NCBI GenBank assembly: GCA_965208675.1
Contig: OZ242351.1
Coordinates: 544,001-608,000, forward strand
Length of the DNA stretch: 64,000 nucleotides
Direction of reading: 5' to 3'
DNA from: Candidatus Poribacteria bacterium
GTDB taxonomy: Bacteria > Poribacteria > WGA-4E > PCPOR2b
Of this stretch, positions 29,360 through 39,788 are shown piece after piece. How positions within the stretch are numbered: position 1 is the stretch's first letter; every line of letters begins with the position of its first letter. The notes under the pieces are model-generated. The model did not search any database. It saw only the letters and a program-made list of their open reading frames with translations, and was not told the DNA's origin. The translations under genes were made by a program, and so were the position numbers.

Positions 29360-31885
29360 TTGATCACACCCGACATTTATACCACGATAACGAGTGACTC
29401 GGTCGAACAATTGGCGCTTATACTTGCTAGCCGCGAGTTTACCGCAATCGAGCGGTTGGAACCTATCGCCGATTTTGAAGAAATAATTTCATTCACAACG
29501 GAAAATCCGACGCCAGTTGGACACTCTAATCGAAATCCGGTCTGGCGTCTAGAATCTGTTGCAGCAAGAATTATTGAGGCGGTTGCGGTTTCAGTGCATG
29601 AACCGGTGATACGGGATGCCGGCTGGAGAGTTCTTGCGCAGATTATCCTTGAGCACACAGAGTATCTCTACACCTACCACCATTCCCACAACCCACGCGA
29701 ACGACTCCAAGCGGGTGCAGCGCTGGCGCTTGTCAGCAGTCTTTGCCCGATGCTTTCGCAGAGCACCGCTTGGCGGCTCGCCGGGTTTGCGCGGATTGCG
29801 GAATCAATTCCCAAAATTGACGATGTCCCATCTTACGTGATTGAACACATAGATGCGGCGTTTGAGTTGGCGCGTGACCTTGATCTCCCTATATTAGGCG
29901 AGGCGATTGATCGCTACGGCACAACCATGAATCGAGATTTTTCTTGGGATAAGCGATTGCACTTTGAGCTCAGTGATGCCGAATTGTTCACTCATCTGAA
30001 TCTGTGTCATCCCGGTTTTGAGGAGGTTAAATCCGAATGGGAAAACGGGAATCTTCAAGAGGCAAAACTGGCTCATACGTCAGTGAAACAATCATTCCTC
30101 AATTGCAAAAACTGGGCTGACCTTTGGACATTGCCATATAGCCGCAGGGTTGCAGATTTACTGGAACTTGGGTCTGACGAGTTTCCCGATTCCGACGTTT
30201 TTCACCAAGAACGGCCGGCGGAGATGCGTCGTCGGTTTGTGAATGAATGCTCAAAGTTTTTTTCCGGCGGGCAGACCTACGCTGAAAGTCCCGCCGCCAT
30301 GTCCTTCGATATGGCAAAATCCTACCTTGAGCTCGCCCGATACTTTTCAGCCTATCAAGGACTTGACAATACAGATTTCCATTTGGAAACGAGCGCGATT
30401 GGAATTGCCGCGCTAATCTTCCCGGAATGGAGAGACCAAGAACAGTTTCTCAAACTCGCACTGCGGCGTTATAAATGGTTTCACGACGAGTGCGTCCTCC
30501 CGGACGGTCTCCAATGTGGCAGTATGAACACCGCCCACCATTTCGCAATTATTTGCCTTCTCAATTTTAATCAACTTGCACGCCGCTGCGGCATTCCTCT
30601 GCCTAAACAATTCAACCGGCGTTGTGAAATGATGATCGAGGCACTCATGTATCTCAGCCTACCGGATGCGAGTCGCCGTCCTTTAATTCAATCCGGCTCA
30701 GTGGATATGAATGTGAGCAAACTCTGTGATGTCGCCCACGCAGTCTTCCATCGAGAAGATTTTTTGTACATAGGGTCCGGCGGAGCGGCGGGACAGGCGC
30801 CTCACGAGACGTCCCATGCCTTTCCTTACACAGGCTATTATGTCATGCGAGACTATTGGAAGGCAGACGGTCAGTACCTAGTCTTTAATAGCGGCGATCC
30901 AACCTCTAAATGTCAACGCGGGGATAAACTCAACTTCTTTCTTTACGCTTACGGGCGGTCGCTGATTGTCGATTCAGGAGGCCTGCTTGTGGAGGATTGT
31001 CATTCAATCCGTAAGCACAACACCGTGACTATTGACGGTAAACGACAATGTCGTCCTTGGTTAAATAGTGCAGCACGGGTTCCAAACCCTGATAACAAGT
31101 GGCTATCGACACCATTATTCGATTTTGTCGAGGGTTGGCACAAAGACGGTTATGTACCTGGAGACGCGATCAACCGCAATCCACTTCTCCATCACAAACG
31201 ATCGATATTTTACGTTAAAGAAAAGGCACAATCTCGGTGCACAGTTCCAGCGGGGGGCGGATATTTTATCCTTCACGATTTAATCCTCGGCGATGGTGAG
31301 CATAATCTAGAACAGATTTTTCACCTCGCGTCCGTGAGTTGCAATCACATAAAGATGTATGACAACAACACCGTGCGCACAGTCGAATCAAATGTAAGCA
31401 ACTTGGTGGTCGCACCGGTTAGCGGCGGGCAACATCTGGATGTTCGATTGCACTGCAGACAAACTGAAACCGCCGGTTGCCCAACAGTAACTGAATTACC
31501 GCCTAGTGAGTTGACTTACATCGCAAAACGGTCCCTCCCGACAGTCATGAACACCGTTTTGTTGCCGCTTCGTCCGGGCGTGGAGACGGTTCCAGAGCTC
31601 CATAAGAATGAAGTGTCAACCGATCCGGATGTGCTTGCAACAGGATTCACGGTAGAACACGGCAGAACTACCGATTTCGTCCTCATTTCAGACGACGGGT
31701 ATACTGTCATGTCGACTGAGGATGTGGAGTTTGTTGGCGAATATCTATTCCTACGGCTTTGTGATAACGGGAAACTTCAGCGGGTAATGATTATCAACGG
31801 ACAGTTTCTGAAGTGGAGAGGGGATGTGGTGGTAGACCTTGCGGCACCGCGAACACATTATGAATCGAGTGCCTACGGAGAATAA
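29360..31885 (+). CDS. Heparinase II/III-like (polysaccharide lyase fold) protein with a degenerate active site
   Basis: FPYTGYYVMRD.W, D.L.F.LYAYGRSLIVDSG, HNTVTIDG, H.RSIFY, FILHD.ILGDGEH. Confidence 0.8.
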   Translation: MITPDIYTTITSDSVEQLALILASREFTAIERLEPIADFEEIISFTTENPTPVGHSNRNPVWRLESVAARIIEAVAVSVHEPVIRDAGWRVLAQIILEHTEYLYTYHHSHNPRERLQAGAALALVSSLCPMLSQSTAWRLAGFARIAESIPKIDDVPSYVIEHIDAAFELARDLDLPILGEAIDRYGTTMNRDFSWDKRLHFELSDAELFTHLNLCHPGFEEVKSEWENGNLQEAKLAHTSVKQSFLNCKNWADLWTLPYSRRVADLLELGSDEFPDSDVFHQERPAEMRRRFVNECSKFFSGGQTYAESPAAMSFDMAKSYLELARYFSAYQGLDNTDFHLETSAIGIAALIFPEWRDQEQFLKLALRRYKWFHDECVLPDGLQCGSMNTAHHFAIICLLNFNQLARRCGIPLPKQFNRRCEMMIEALMYLSLPDASRRPLIQSGSVDMNVSKLCDVAHAVFHREDFLYIGSGGAAGQAPHETSHAFPYTGYYVMRDYWKADGQYLVFNSGDPTSKCQRGDKLNFFLYAYGRSLIVDSGGLLVEDCHSIRKHNTVTIDGKRQCRPWLNSAARVPNPDNKWLSTPLFDFVEGWHKDGYVPGDAINRNPLLHHKRSIFYVKEKAQSRCTVPAGGGYFILHDLILGDGEHNLEQIFHLASVSCNHIKMYDNNTVRTVESNVSNLVVAPVSGGQHLDVRLHCRQTETAGCPTVTELPPSELTYIAKRSLPTVMNTVLLPLRPGVETVPELHKNEVSTDPDVLATGFTVEHGRTTDFVLISDDGYTVMSTEDVEFVGEYLFLRLCDNGKLQRVMIINGQFLKWRGDVVVDLAAPRTHYESSAYGE

Positions 31886-31898
31886 CATGGAACGATTA

Positions 31899-33833
31899 TC
31901 AACTCAACACGGGGTGCCAGCCCATGTTGTACACCGTTATTTTGAACACCGCGTTAATTATACTCCAGATGCAGCCAAGTGAATAATCCCCTAACATCAA
32001 GCCTGCGAAGAACGGTAGCGCACGACGATACGCCCGCAGTCCGCCATACCTGAGAATAGCGAATTTCAGACACCAGCTTATCAACACGGGCACCCAAATA
32101 TAAACCATTTCTGCCGGACTAACTCCCAACACGTATCCGACCGGATGGAATGGCCACCAGAGAAACCGCATTTTCATCGCCAACAAAAATCCCGTGATTG
32201 CAACCCCTGCACCCATGAAGCCCGTGGTCACATAATCGGGTCCTGTTGGGAAAGTCAACCACTGTTGCAGACGCCTGGAAAAACTTTCGCTCCCGATGTA
32301 AACGAGCCATGGTGCCATGTTATCCGCGCCATGCTTGTACAAGATAGTAAGAAATATCAAAAACGTCACCGGTATGGCGAGAATCAGCGTGATTAACATT
32401 GCCCACACGAGTTTTCTTGTATTAATGTTGGATTGCTCACCGATTCGAAAGACTTCAAATTGATTCGGCATTGGATGGGCGGCTTGGTCTCGATTCAAGA
32501 AATAAAGGAAACTGAGAATCGTCAGGTTACGTGGACCGTAGGCACGTGATCCCACCGATGTTACCATCGTCCGTGCTGGGTCTACCCACAACAGTTCGTG
32601 CACAGGCAATCCAAGCCCGCTCCGCATCTTGGTCACGCCAATGGCGCTGCAACAGAACAAACCCAAAAAGAGTAGAAGTACCCAGGCAGAGAATCCGGCT
32701 TTGTAAGCGAACCACAGAAGGAAAAGTACGCCCGCGGCGATGCCCAAAATCGCTGTGCGGTACGACATCGGTTCCTTCGACTCATCAATGCTGCCCTTTC
32801 CCTTGAACGCCTGCACAAATACGCGCTTGAAATGTCTGCGTCCAACCCATAGCGCCAAGGCGCCCAAAGCAATCCACGCCCCTTGCGCCTGCTCGTCAAA
32901 ATAGAGGTTTCGCCAACCCATGGTGACTCCCAATGACAGTTGCGTCAACTTCTTCAGAAAGTAGAAGAACCACGCGGAAAAGGCGAGGTCTAGCGGCATG
33001 AAATAGGCGAGCCCAATGACGAACGGTTGAAACGAGACACGTGTGTAGACCATGTAACTCCACGGCTTCTCGTCGAAGGTGAACCGTGTCCAGCCGACGG
33101 GAATGTTTGGAAAGAATGGGAATTGAAAACTCAAGCCGTTCAGCAAATTAATTGCCGCAGCAATGCCGAATCCTATCCACATCAATCGATTTCGCAAAAA
33201 ACCGACTGGGTCACGGCCCAATTCAAGCGGCATCCAAGTAATTGGATAAGTGAGACGTTCGTGCTCCGTTAACTGCTTGCGAATGATTGCATTGATGCAG
33301 ATAAGCACAAAAAAAAGTACGATAAGGAAGGCGGACCAATAGAGCACAGGGCCCAGCCAAGCCATGAGATTGACACGCGTGAAGAAGGATGTTTCTCCGA
33401 GGAAAAATCCGCTCAAGGCAGTTTCGTCCCTGACAGTGAACCATTCCGGGATATATCGCCAAAACAGATTGCGCCAATCGTTCTCCGGTGTCGCGAACCA
33501 AAACGGCTGCACTAGCATAGAAAGTACACGGTTCATCCGGTGCCCCGCAACCGTAGATGCCGTGACGATCATAATATAGATGACCAGAATATCAGGGTTC
33601 CTCAATGTGAATCTTGGGACATACCGTTTAAAAAGCAGATTCAGCAAAATCAGCACGAAGAGCGTAAATACGGCATTGCTGAACAATGACATATAGGTGT
33701 GCGTCACTGCTTTCTGGAGGTCATTGACGGATATCCAGTAAGCGTTAGCAAGCGCCAAGATGAGCCCGATGCCGAACACTCTCAAACGGATCCCATCGGG
33801 CTGGTTGCCTTTTAGTGTAGAAATTTTTTCCAC
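31899..33833 (-). CDS. DUF6785/DUF6784 polytopic membrane protein (OPT-like putative transporter)
   Basis: WFATPENDW, W.GP...W, ERLTYPI, FMPLDLAFS.WFFY, WWPFHPVGY, LRYGG...YRRALPFF.GL.LG. Confidence 0.85.
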   Translation of the reverse strand: MEKISTLKGNQPDGIRLRVFGIGLILALANAYWISVNDLQKAVTHTYMSLFSNAVFTLFVLILLNLLFKRYVPRFTLRNPDILVIYIMIVTASTVAGHRMNRVLSMLVQPFWFATPENDWRNLFWRYIPEWFTVRDETALSGFFLGETSFFTRVNLMAWLGPVLYWSAFLIVLFFVLICINAIIRKQLTEHERLTYPITWMPLELGRDPVGFLRNRLMWIGFGIAAAINLLNGLSFQFPFFPNIPVGWTRFTFDEKPWSYMVYTRVSFQPFVIGLAYFMPLDLAFSAWFFYFLKKLTQLSLGVTMGWRNLYFDEQAQGAWIALGALALWVGRRHFKRVFVQAFKGKGSIDESKEPMSYRTAILGIAAGVLFLLWFAYKAGFSAWVLLLFLGLFCCSAIGVTKMRSGLGLPVHELLWVDPARTMVTSVGSRAYGPRNLTILSFLYFLNRDQAAHPMPNQFEVFRIGEQSNINTRKLVWAMLITLILAIPVTFLIFLTILYKHGADNMAPWLVYIGSESFSRRLQQWLTFPTGPDYVTTGFMGAGVAITGFLLAMKMRFLWWPFHPVGYVLGVSPAEMVYIWVPVLISWCLKFAILRYGGLRAYRRALPFFAGLMLGDYSLGCIWSIINAVFKITVYNMGWHPVLS

Positions 33834-33935
33834 TCTTTACCTCATCTTGCGGGAAAATGATACTTAACGGGGCGTGCACTGCAATAATTTAATGGGCGGG
33901 ACGTTTTCAGAATTGCCTAGCGATTTAATCGCGCA

Positions 33936-33964
33936 AGTGTAGCAGTATTTCCAACCTACGTCAA
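33936..33964 (-). promoter_or_regulatory. Sigma-70 promoter of the DUF6785 gene
   Basis: Minus strand TTGACG-17-TACACT. Confidence 0.55.
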
Positions 33965-34141
33965 CCGTAAAGTCCGCTGTTACCCAATGCGTAACTTCAT
34001 TCACCTTGTTGAAACTATCCGATCTAAACGTTGTATGTGGTAATTATTTCCTTGGCTTTGCTAACCGGCGCGTTGTGGTATAATTGACAAGCGCACGCTG
34101 CGCGATTTTCGCTGAAAGGTTGCAATTGTCGGAGGTACAAC

Positions 34142-34963
34142 GTGAAGATTATCCTGAGCCGAAAAGGGTTTGACAGTAGAAATGGAGGGTATCCGAGTCC
34201 AGTTTTACCAGACGGGAAAATGCTAAGTCTCCCAATCCCGATTGAAGGAGAAAGTTTGTCATATGACGCAATAAGCGCTCCCGAGGAGAAATCCTATGCC
34301 AAAATTATTGAGGAATTAGGAGCGGGCGTCAACGTCGGAAATAGAGGAGCGCACCTAGATCCAGATTTAATGGCGAATGTGCGAGGACGGATGGCGGGCT
34401 GGCGTCCGGCGTTCGGACAGTGTGGAGCTGCCGGAAGCCATCTTGATAATTGCGGCGTTTCTGAAGGTGATGTGTTTCTTTTTTTCGGTTGGTTTCAACA
34501 TACCGAAACCGTTGCCGGGCGCTTGTCGTATTGCAGTGGCATAAACGGTTTCCATGTTATATTCGGCTATATGGAGATAGGCGCAATCGTTCGTTCAAAT
34601 GCGGAAGGCAAGGAAAAAGTGTGGTTACTCAATCATCCTCATGCCAAACTGGAATGAGCAAACGATAGGATTTATGTTGCGGCGCCGAACCTAAGTTTTC
34701 ACCCAGCATTACCCGGCGGCGGTGTCTTTGAATTTGACGAGCGGCTCCGCTTAACAAAGAAAGAGGAGTCCAGGCGAAGTCGCTGGAATCTCGATCCAAG
34801 AGTATTCCGCAACGTAGAAATATCATACCATTCTCAGGCATCATGGAAGGATGGACATTTTCAGTCTGCGGGTCGGGGACAAGAATTTGTCATCAATGCT
34901 AATGAGGGCGTTATTCAGTGGGCATCTGATCTCATCAAAAACTCTTGCCTTTGGTCAAATTGA
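34142..34963 (+). pseudogene. Nucleotide modification associated domain 3 (Nmad3) protein with an in-frame TGA at 34655-34657
   Basis: MKIILSRKGFDS..GG.PSP.LPDG..LSLPIP, HLDPDL, FGQ.GAA..HL, GD.FLFFGWF, HPH. After the TGA the frame continues (RIYVA...GGGVF.FDERLRLT...SRW...ISYH...W....FQSAGRGQEFV) to a stop at 34963. Confidence 0.85.
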
Positions 34964-35247
34964 TTAATCAGGTCCTCTCGGTTATCAAGGTGAGAGGGCG
35001 TTGAGCCATCAGGGCAACGGCGAGGGTTGTGCCTACAGGAATTGGCTTTGCGTAGAGGCAGGTGTCCAATGCCTGCCCACAACATTTTGTCAACCGAAGC
35101 AAACTGTGTTATAATTTGTGTACTTGATGGTGTCGACCGGGTATGTCCTCCTTTGCAGTTACTGATTCCCACCGCGGCGTTGCGCTGAAGGCGTTCATCA
35201 CTTATATCTTAGGAAAACCGGCAGTCATTAAGCGCGCAGAAACCGTA

Positions 35248-36015
35248 ATGACACAATCCGATTTCAAGTTTCTCGGCTTTCACCACATCATAGTTTTAAT
35301 GTTAACGGTTGTAATTCCCCTTGCGCTTTCCGCGTTGGTCCGGCGGGTAAATTCGCACAATCTCACGCGAACTGTCCGCTATACACTGGGGGTTATTTTA
35401 CTCGGAAATGACATCGTGCATTTGGGTTATCGATTCATCAGGGGTGAGTTTAACCTGTTTCTGCGATACTTCCTCCCGCTCCACGTCTGTGGGCTTGCAA
35501 CATTCGCAACCGCCGCTACGCTCGTTTTTCAAATTCAGACGCTCTACGAGTTCGCCTATTTTTGGGGTCTGGTGGGCACATTCAACGCTGTACTCACGCC
35601 CCAACTTGAAGTCGGTTTCCCAAAATATCGGGCATTTCAGTATTTTATAGCGCACAGCGGCATCGTTATCGGCGTTCTGTTTTCAACGCTGGGGCTTCAA
35701 ATGCGGCCAACGCTCAGGTCCTTATTCCGTTCATTTGCAGTCATAAACCTTCTTGCACTCGTTATCGGCGGCTTTAATTATTTGGCGTCAGCTAACTACA
35801 TGTTCCTTTGCGAACCGCCAAAGACGAAATTTCCGGTGTTTAATCCGGAATCTCCGCTCTTTATACCTTGGCCGTTGTACATTCCGATATTGGATGGTCT
35901 CGCCCTGATACTATTCTTCGTAGTGTACTCGCCCTTCCTGATCAGAGATTGGCGGAGGCGTACCGCGGGAAACGCAGGTTTCGGCGATAGCACCAGGAAT
36001 TGCAGCAATCACTAG
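35248..36015 (+). CDS. YwaF/TIGR02206-type integral membrane protein
   Basis: LPLHVCG, YFWGL.G...A.LTP, YFIAH, ANYMFL..PP, PWP.YI. Confidence 0.85.
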   Translation: MTQSDFKFLGFHHIIVLMLTVVIPLALSALVRRVNSHNLTRTVRYTLGVILLGNDIVHLGYRFIRGEFNLFLRYFLPLHVCGLATFATAATLVFQIQTLYEFAYFWGLVGTFNAVLTPQLEVGFPKYRAFQYFIAHSGIVIGVLFSTLGLQMRPTLRSLFRSFAVINLLALVIGGFNYLASANYMFLCEPPKTKFPVFNPESPLFIPWPLYIPILDGLALILFFVVYSPFLIRDWRRRTAGNAGFGDSTRNCSNH

Positions 36016-36142
36016 AGCGAATTGCGAAGGTACAAGGCAACAAACATTGAGTACGGTAGTCTTCAATAGTTTTGTAGGTCGAGGACGATTTTCTGGCGCA
36101 TATTTGCGTAAATTTAGCTGTTATTGACTACTGAACAACGCT

Positions 36143-37513
36143 ATGGTTAAGAACGACAAAAAGACTATATTCGGCTGGTGCATGTACGACTGGGCGAATT
36201 CCGCCTATGTTACCACAGTAGTCGCGGCGCTTTTACCAAATTACTTCGCGCGCGTTATCGTCGGCGAAAAGGGCGTCCAAATCGGAAACACAACGGTCAG
36301 CGCCACTGCTTTGTGGGGCGCGATGGCAAGCGTCGCCGCGTTCTTTGTATTTCTGTGCGCCCCCGTATTAGGCGCGATATCGGACTTTTCTTCCGCGAAG
36401 AAAAAGTTCCTGATATCCTTCGCATACACAGGTAGCGTCGCCGCGATTTTTCTTTATTTCTGTGGGTCCGGAGATGTCTGGATGACCGTGCTTTTCTTTC
36501 TAATCTCGCGCATTGGGTTTGTGGGGGCTAACGTGTTCTATGATGGATTCTTGCCCCAAATTGCTTCTGAAGATAAGATGGATTGGGTATCGGGCAAAGG
36601 GTTTTCTTACGGGTACGTCGGCGGAGGACTCCAATTCGCAATGGCGCTGGGGCTAGTCGCTGGCCATGGCGCGATCGGCATCAGTACATCTCTTGCTGCC
36701 CGTATCGGAATCGCTATGGCAGGGGTTTGGTGGGCGGGTTTCACTCTGCTAACGTTGAAGCATTTGAATGAGAGCGGCGCCTCAGAGGAGATTCCGAAAC
36801 AGTATCAATCCACGTCTAAGTTTTTTGCCTATGCCTGTATCGGCGTCACCAGAATCCAGAGGACGTTGAGAAAAGTTCGGCGGTTCAAGCATCTGTTGCT
36901 ATTCTTGATAGCCTTCATGATTTATAACGACGGCATCCAGACGGTCATTAGCATGGCGACGATTTACGGAACCGAGGAGTTGGGCTTGTCAGCGACCGTT
37001 TTGATGTTGACCCTGTTGGTAACCCAAATTATCGCCGCAGGAGGCGCATTGTTATTTGGCAGATTGGCTGATAAAATTGGGACAAAGAACGCCGTAATGC
37101 TGTCCCTAGTTTTCTGGAGTTGTGCGGTAACTTACGGTTACTTTTTACGCACAGCATCAGAATATTTTATCCTCGGCGCATCGGCAGGAATCTTTATGGG
37201 TGGTTCCCAAGCACTCAGCCGTTCGCTTTACGGTTCAATGATTCCAGAGCATTCTAGCGCCGAGTTTTATGGCTTCTACTCCGTGTTTAGTAAATTCTCC
37301 GCAATTTGGGGACCTTTGGCATTTAGCGCCATTCGGCAATTTACCGGAACAGCGAGATTATCTATCCTTTCATTGATGGTTTTCTTTATTGTCGGTCTGA
37401 TTCTGCTCTGGTTCGTCGATGTGGAAAAAGCCCAAGCAGCGCGACGTACAAAAGAACTTAGCGGCGCAATCAATTTGGTGAAATCGCCGTTAGTTAAGAA
37501 AGCTGGAAATTAA
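36143..37513 (+). CDS. MFS transporter, Atg22/UMF1-like
   Basis: W.MYDWANSAY, FYDGFLP, IYNDGIQT, GGSQALSRS, AEFYGFY. Confidence 0.92.
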   Translation: MVKNDKKTIFGWCMYDWANSAYVTTVVAALLPNYFARVIVGEKGVQIGNTTVSATALWGAMASVAAFFVFLCAPVLGAISDFSSAKKKFLISFAYTGSVAAIFLYFCGSGDVWMTVLFFLISRIGFVGANVFYDGFLPQIASEDKMDWVSGKGFSYGYVGGGLQFAMALGLVAGHGAIGISTSLAARIGIAMAGVWWAGFTLLTLKHLNESGASEEIPKQYQSTSKFFAYACIGVTRIQRTLRKVRRFKHLLLFLIAFMIYNDGIQTVISMATIYGTEELGLSATVLMLTLLVTQIIAAGGALLFGRLADKIGTKNAVMLSLVFWSCAVTYGYFLRTASEYFILGASAGIFMGGSQALSRSLYGSMIPEHSSAEFYGFYSVFSKFSAIWGPLAFSAIRQFTGTARLSILSLMVFFIVGLILLWFVDVEKAQAARRTKELSGAINLVKSPLVKKAGN

Positions 37514-37651
37514 CACAGTGCAAACCGACTCACAAATTCGAACGCGTTCCAGGATTCGGCTAAACTTAGGACAATGAGACACCGCTGTGAGCAAGGTAAG
37601 ATTAAACGGTCAAATAAACAGTTTTGCACGTTAATCTAATTAAAATTTACT

Positions 37652-37690
37652 GTAAAATATGTTAAATTTTGTAAACTTTTGTAAACTTCA
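37652..37690 (+). promoter_or_regulatory. Tandem ~10-bp-phased GTAAA repeats (OmpR/CpxR-type operator-like)
   Basis: GTAAA at 37652, GTTAAA at 37661, GTAAAC at 37671 and 37681. Confidence 0.4.
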
Positions 37691-37872
37691 GAATAATTTT
37701 GTCGACCTGAACAATAGGGAGCGTACTGATCCAAGAGTTCAAATCTGCGGCGTGAAATCTCGTTTCAATACTTCTAGTAGTTGCTAGAATTGGACAAATA
37801 GCTAGGAATATGAGTTCAAAGCAACAATCTCATCTAAAATTAAGTGCGGCAACTGAGTTCGTAAGGGGAATT

Positions 37873-38820
37873 ATGAAATATTCTAATGGAAAATTATTGG
37901 CGGTTGGGACAATGTGTCTTGCATGGTTATGGATGGGCTGTCAGGGAGCAACGCTTAATATTCCAGATGTTGGCACTAGTGAAAATCCGCTAAAAAAATC
38001 AGGGCAGTTGTCCAAGAGCGAAGTCTGGGCGGGCAAAATCTTGATTACTGGTGATGTTGTCGTTCCTGAAGGAACGACGTTAACGATTCAACCCAATTCG
38101 ATCGTCGGTTTCGACCCCGCTAACGGCGTCCACCAATTGATTGTGTACGGTACGCTGTTTGCTGAGGGTGAGCCGGAGCGTTTCATTACCTTTGGTTCAC
38201 TTGGCACGGCTGAAAATCCCCCAACTGCGGGGGACTGGTTTGGCATCTTTCTGGGAGAAACGAGCGTTAATTCACGTTTGGTGAACTGCCGAATTCGACA
38301 CGCGGATACCGGCGTTGCCTGCCGATCCGATTCATCGCAGGTCGAAAATTGTCTGATGACCGATAACGAAGTGGCAATTCTTTGCGACGATACAATGCCA
38401 TTGATTTCCCATAACGAGATTAACAAAAACGGTACCGCCATAAAGTGTGTTAACGATGCGGCCCCGGAAATCAACAGGAACACAATTCAAGCCAATGAGT
38501 ACGGTATTGTTTGCGATGACGATTCCAGAGCAACCATTAATAACAACGAACTTTCCAGCAACTATCAGCATGCCATCGTCTGTTTCGCGTTGTCCTCGCC
38601 CGAAATTGTCTCAAACAATATTTTCCTAAACGGCGGTTGGGCAGTGTACGATGGCGGTCGATTGCGTGACAATTTCATTCGAGGAAATAATGAACGAGGT
38701 TCGGACGTCATTGAACACGGCACCGGACGAGACGGCGGACAATTCTACGGCGTGGACGAAGTCTTAGACCCCCGTGTATCGCCCGTTGTTGACGCAGGGG
38801 TGCAGCGGGAACGGTTCTAA
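37873..38820 (+). CDS. Lipoprotein with right-handed parallel beta-helix (NosD/pectin-lyase-like) repeats
   Basis: Lipobox WMGC; ITGDVVVPEGTTLTI.P, L.AEG....FITF.S, GDWFGI; repeated I.C....P.I..N.I..N units. Confidence 0.85.
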   Translation: MKYSNGKLLAVGTMCLAWLWMGCQGATLNIPDVGTSENPLKKSGQLSKSEVWAGKILITGDVVVPEGTTLTIQPNSIVGFDPANGVHQLIVYGTLFAEGEPERFITFGSLGTAENPPTAGDWFGIFLGETSVNSRLVNCRIRHADTGVACRSDSSQVENCLMTDNEVAILCDDTMPLISHNEINKNGTAIKCVNDAAPEINRNTIQANEYGIVCDDDSRATINNNELSSNYQHAIVCFALSSPEIVSNNIFLNGGWAVYDGGRLRDNFIRGNNERGSDVIEHGTGRDGGQFYGVDEVLDPRVSPVVDAGVQRERF

Positions 38821-38903
38821 CGGGAATAGGCATGAACAAATGGCGCGGTTAACTTATGCCGGTCTATGTTTAACTAGTTAAAAACGCAAGAACATGAGGG
38901 AAA

Positions 38904-39683
38904 ATGAAACCCAGAGTTCTCATTCTTCGCACGGCAGGCACAAACTGCGATTATGAAACAAACTACGCTTTTCAGCTAGCAGGCGCAAAAACAGACTTGA
39001 TCCACATCGACAAACTTATTGCTGGTCAAACAGAGATTATGAACTACCAAATTTTGGCAATCCCTGGTGGATTTTCTTATGGCGACGACATTGCGGCAGG
39101 CATTTTACTCGCAAACCAAATCAAGTACAAACTCGCGGATCAACTAGTAGAATTCGTCGAGTCAGGCAGGTTAATACTCGGCATCTGCAACGGGTTTCAG
39201 GTGCTCATAAAAGCCGGATTGTTGCCGCGCCTTGACAGGGGAATCCGGCAACAGGCAACGCTAGCGATGAATGGCTCTGCAAAATTTGAGTGCCGTTGGG
39301 TACATCTGCAGGTTCAAAAAAGTCCATGTGTCTTTACGAAAGGCCTAAATCCCCAGATTTATCTTCCAGTAGCTCACGCAGAAGGTCGTTTCACCGCACC
39401 CAACGCTATACTCAATCAGATTGAATCAAATCAGCAGATAGTCTTTCTTTACATGTCACCCTACGGAAGTGCGCCGGAATATCCCGCTAATCCAAATGGT
39501 GCCGACCGTCATATCGCTGGGATTTGCGACTCAACGGGCAGAATCTTAGGTATGATGCCTCATCCCGAACGCTTCCTCACCCGGTTCAATCATCCGCGAT
39601 GGACACGAGAGAGATTACCTAAAGACGGAGACGGACTGGCAGTCTTTCGGAACGCAGTGGATTATGCGAAGGCGAACTTGTGA
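38904..39683 (+). CDS. purQ: Phosphoribosylformylglycinamidine synthase I
   Basis: GTNCD, PGGFSYGD, GICNGFQ, AHAEG, NPNG, MPHPER. Confidence 0.97.
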   Translation: MKPRVLILRTAGTNCDYETNYAFQLAGAKTDLIHIDKLIAGQTEIMNYQILAIPGGFSYGDDIAAGILLANQIKYKLADQLVEFVESGRLILGICNGFQVLIKAGLLPRLDRGIRQQATLAMNGSAKFECRWVHLQVQKSPCVFTKGLNPQIYLPVAHAEGRFTAPNAILNQIESNQQIVFLYMSPYGSAPEYPANPNGADRHIAGICDSTGRILGMMPHPERFLTRFNHPRWTRERLPKDGDGLAVFRNAVDYAKANL

Positions 39684-39788
39684 ATACAGGTATTGCGGAT
39701 GACCTTCTTTTTTCCCATCGAGTTTTCTCTTGGATTTACAATGAATCAATCGCAAATTTTAATTAGAAAAATAAAGCGAGTACAATGA

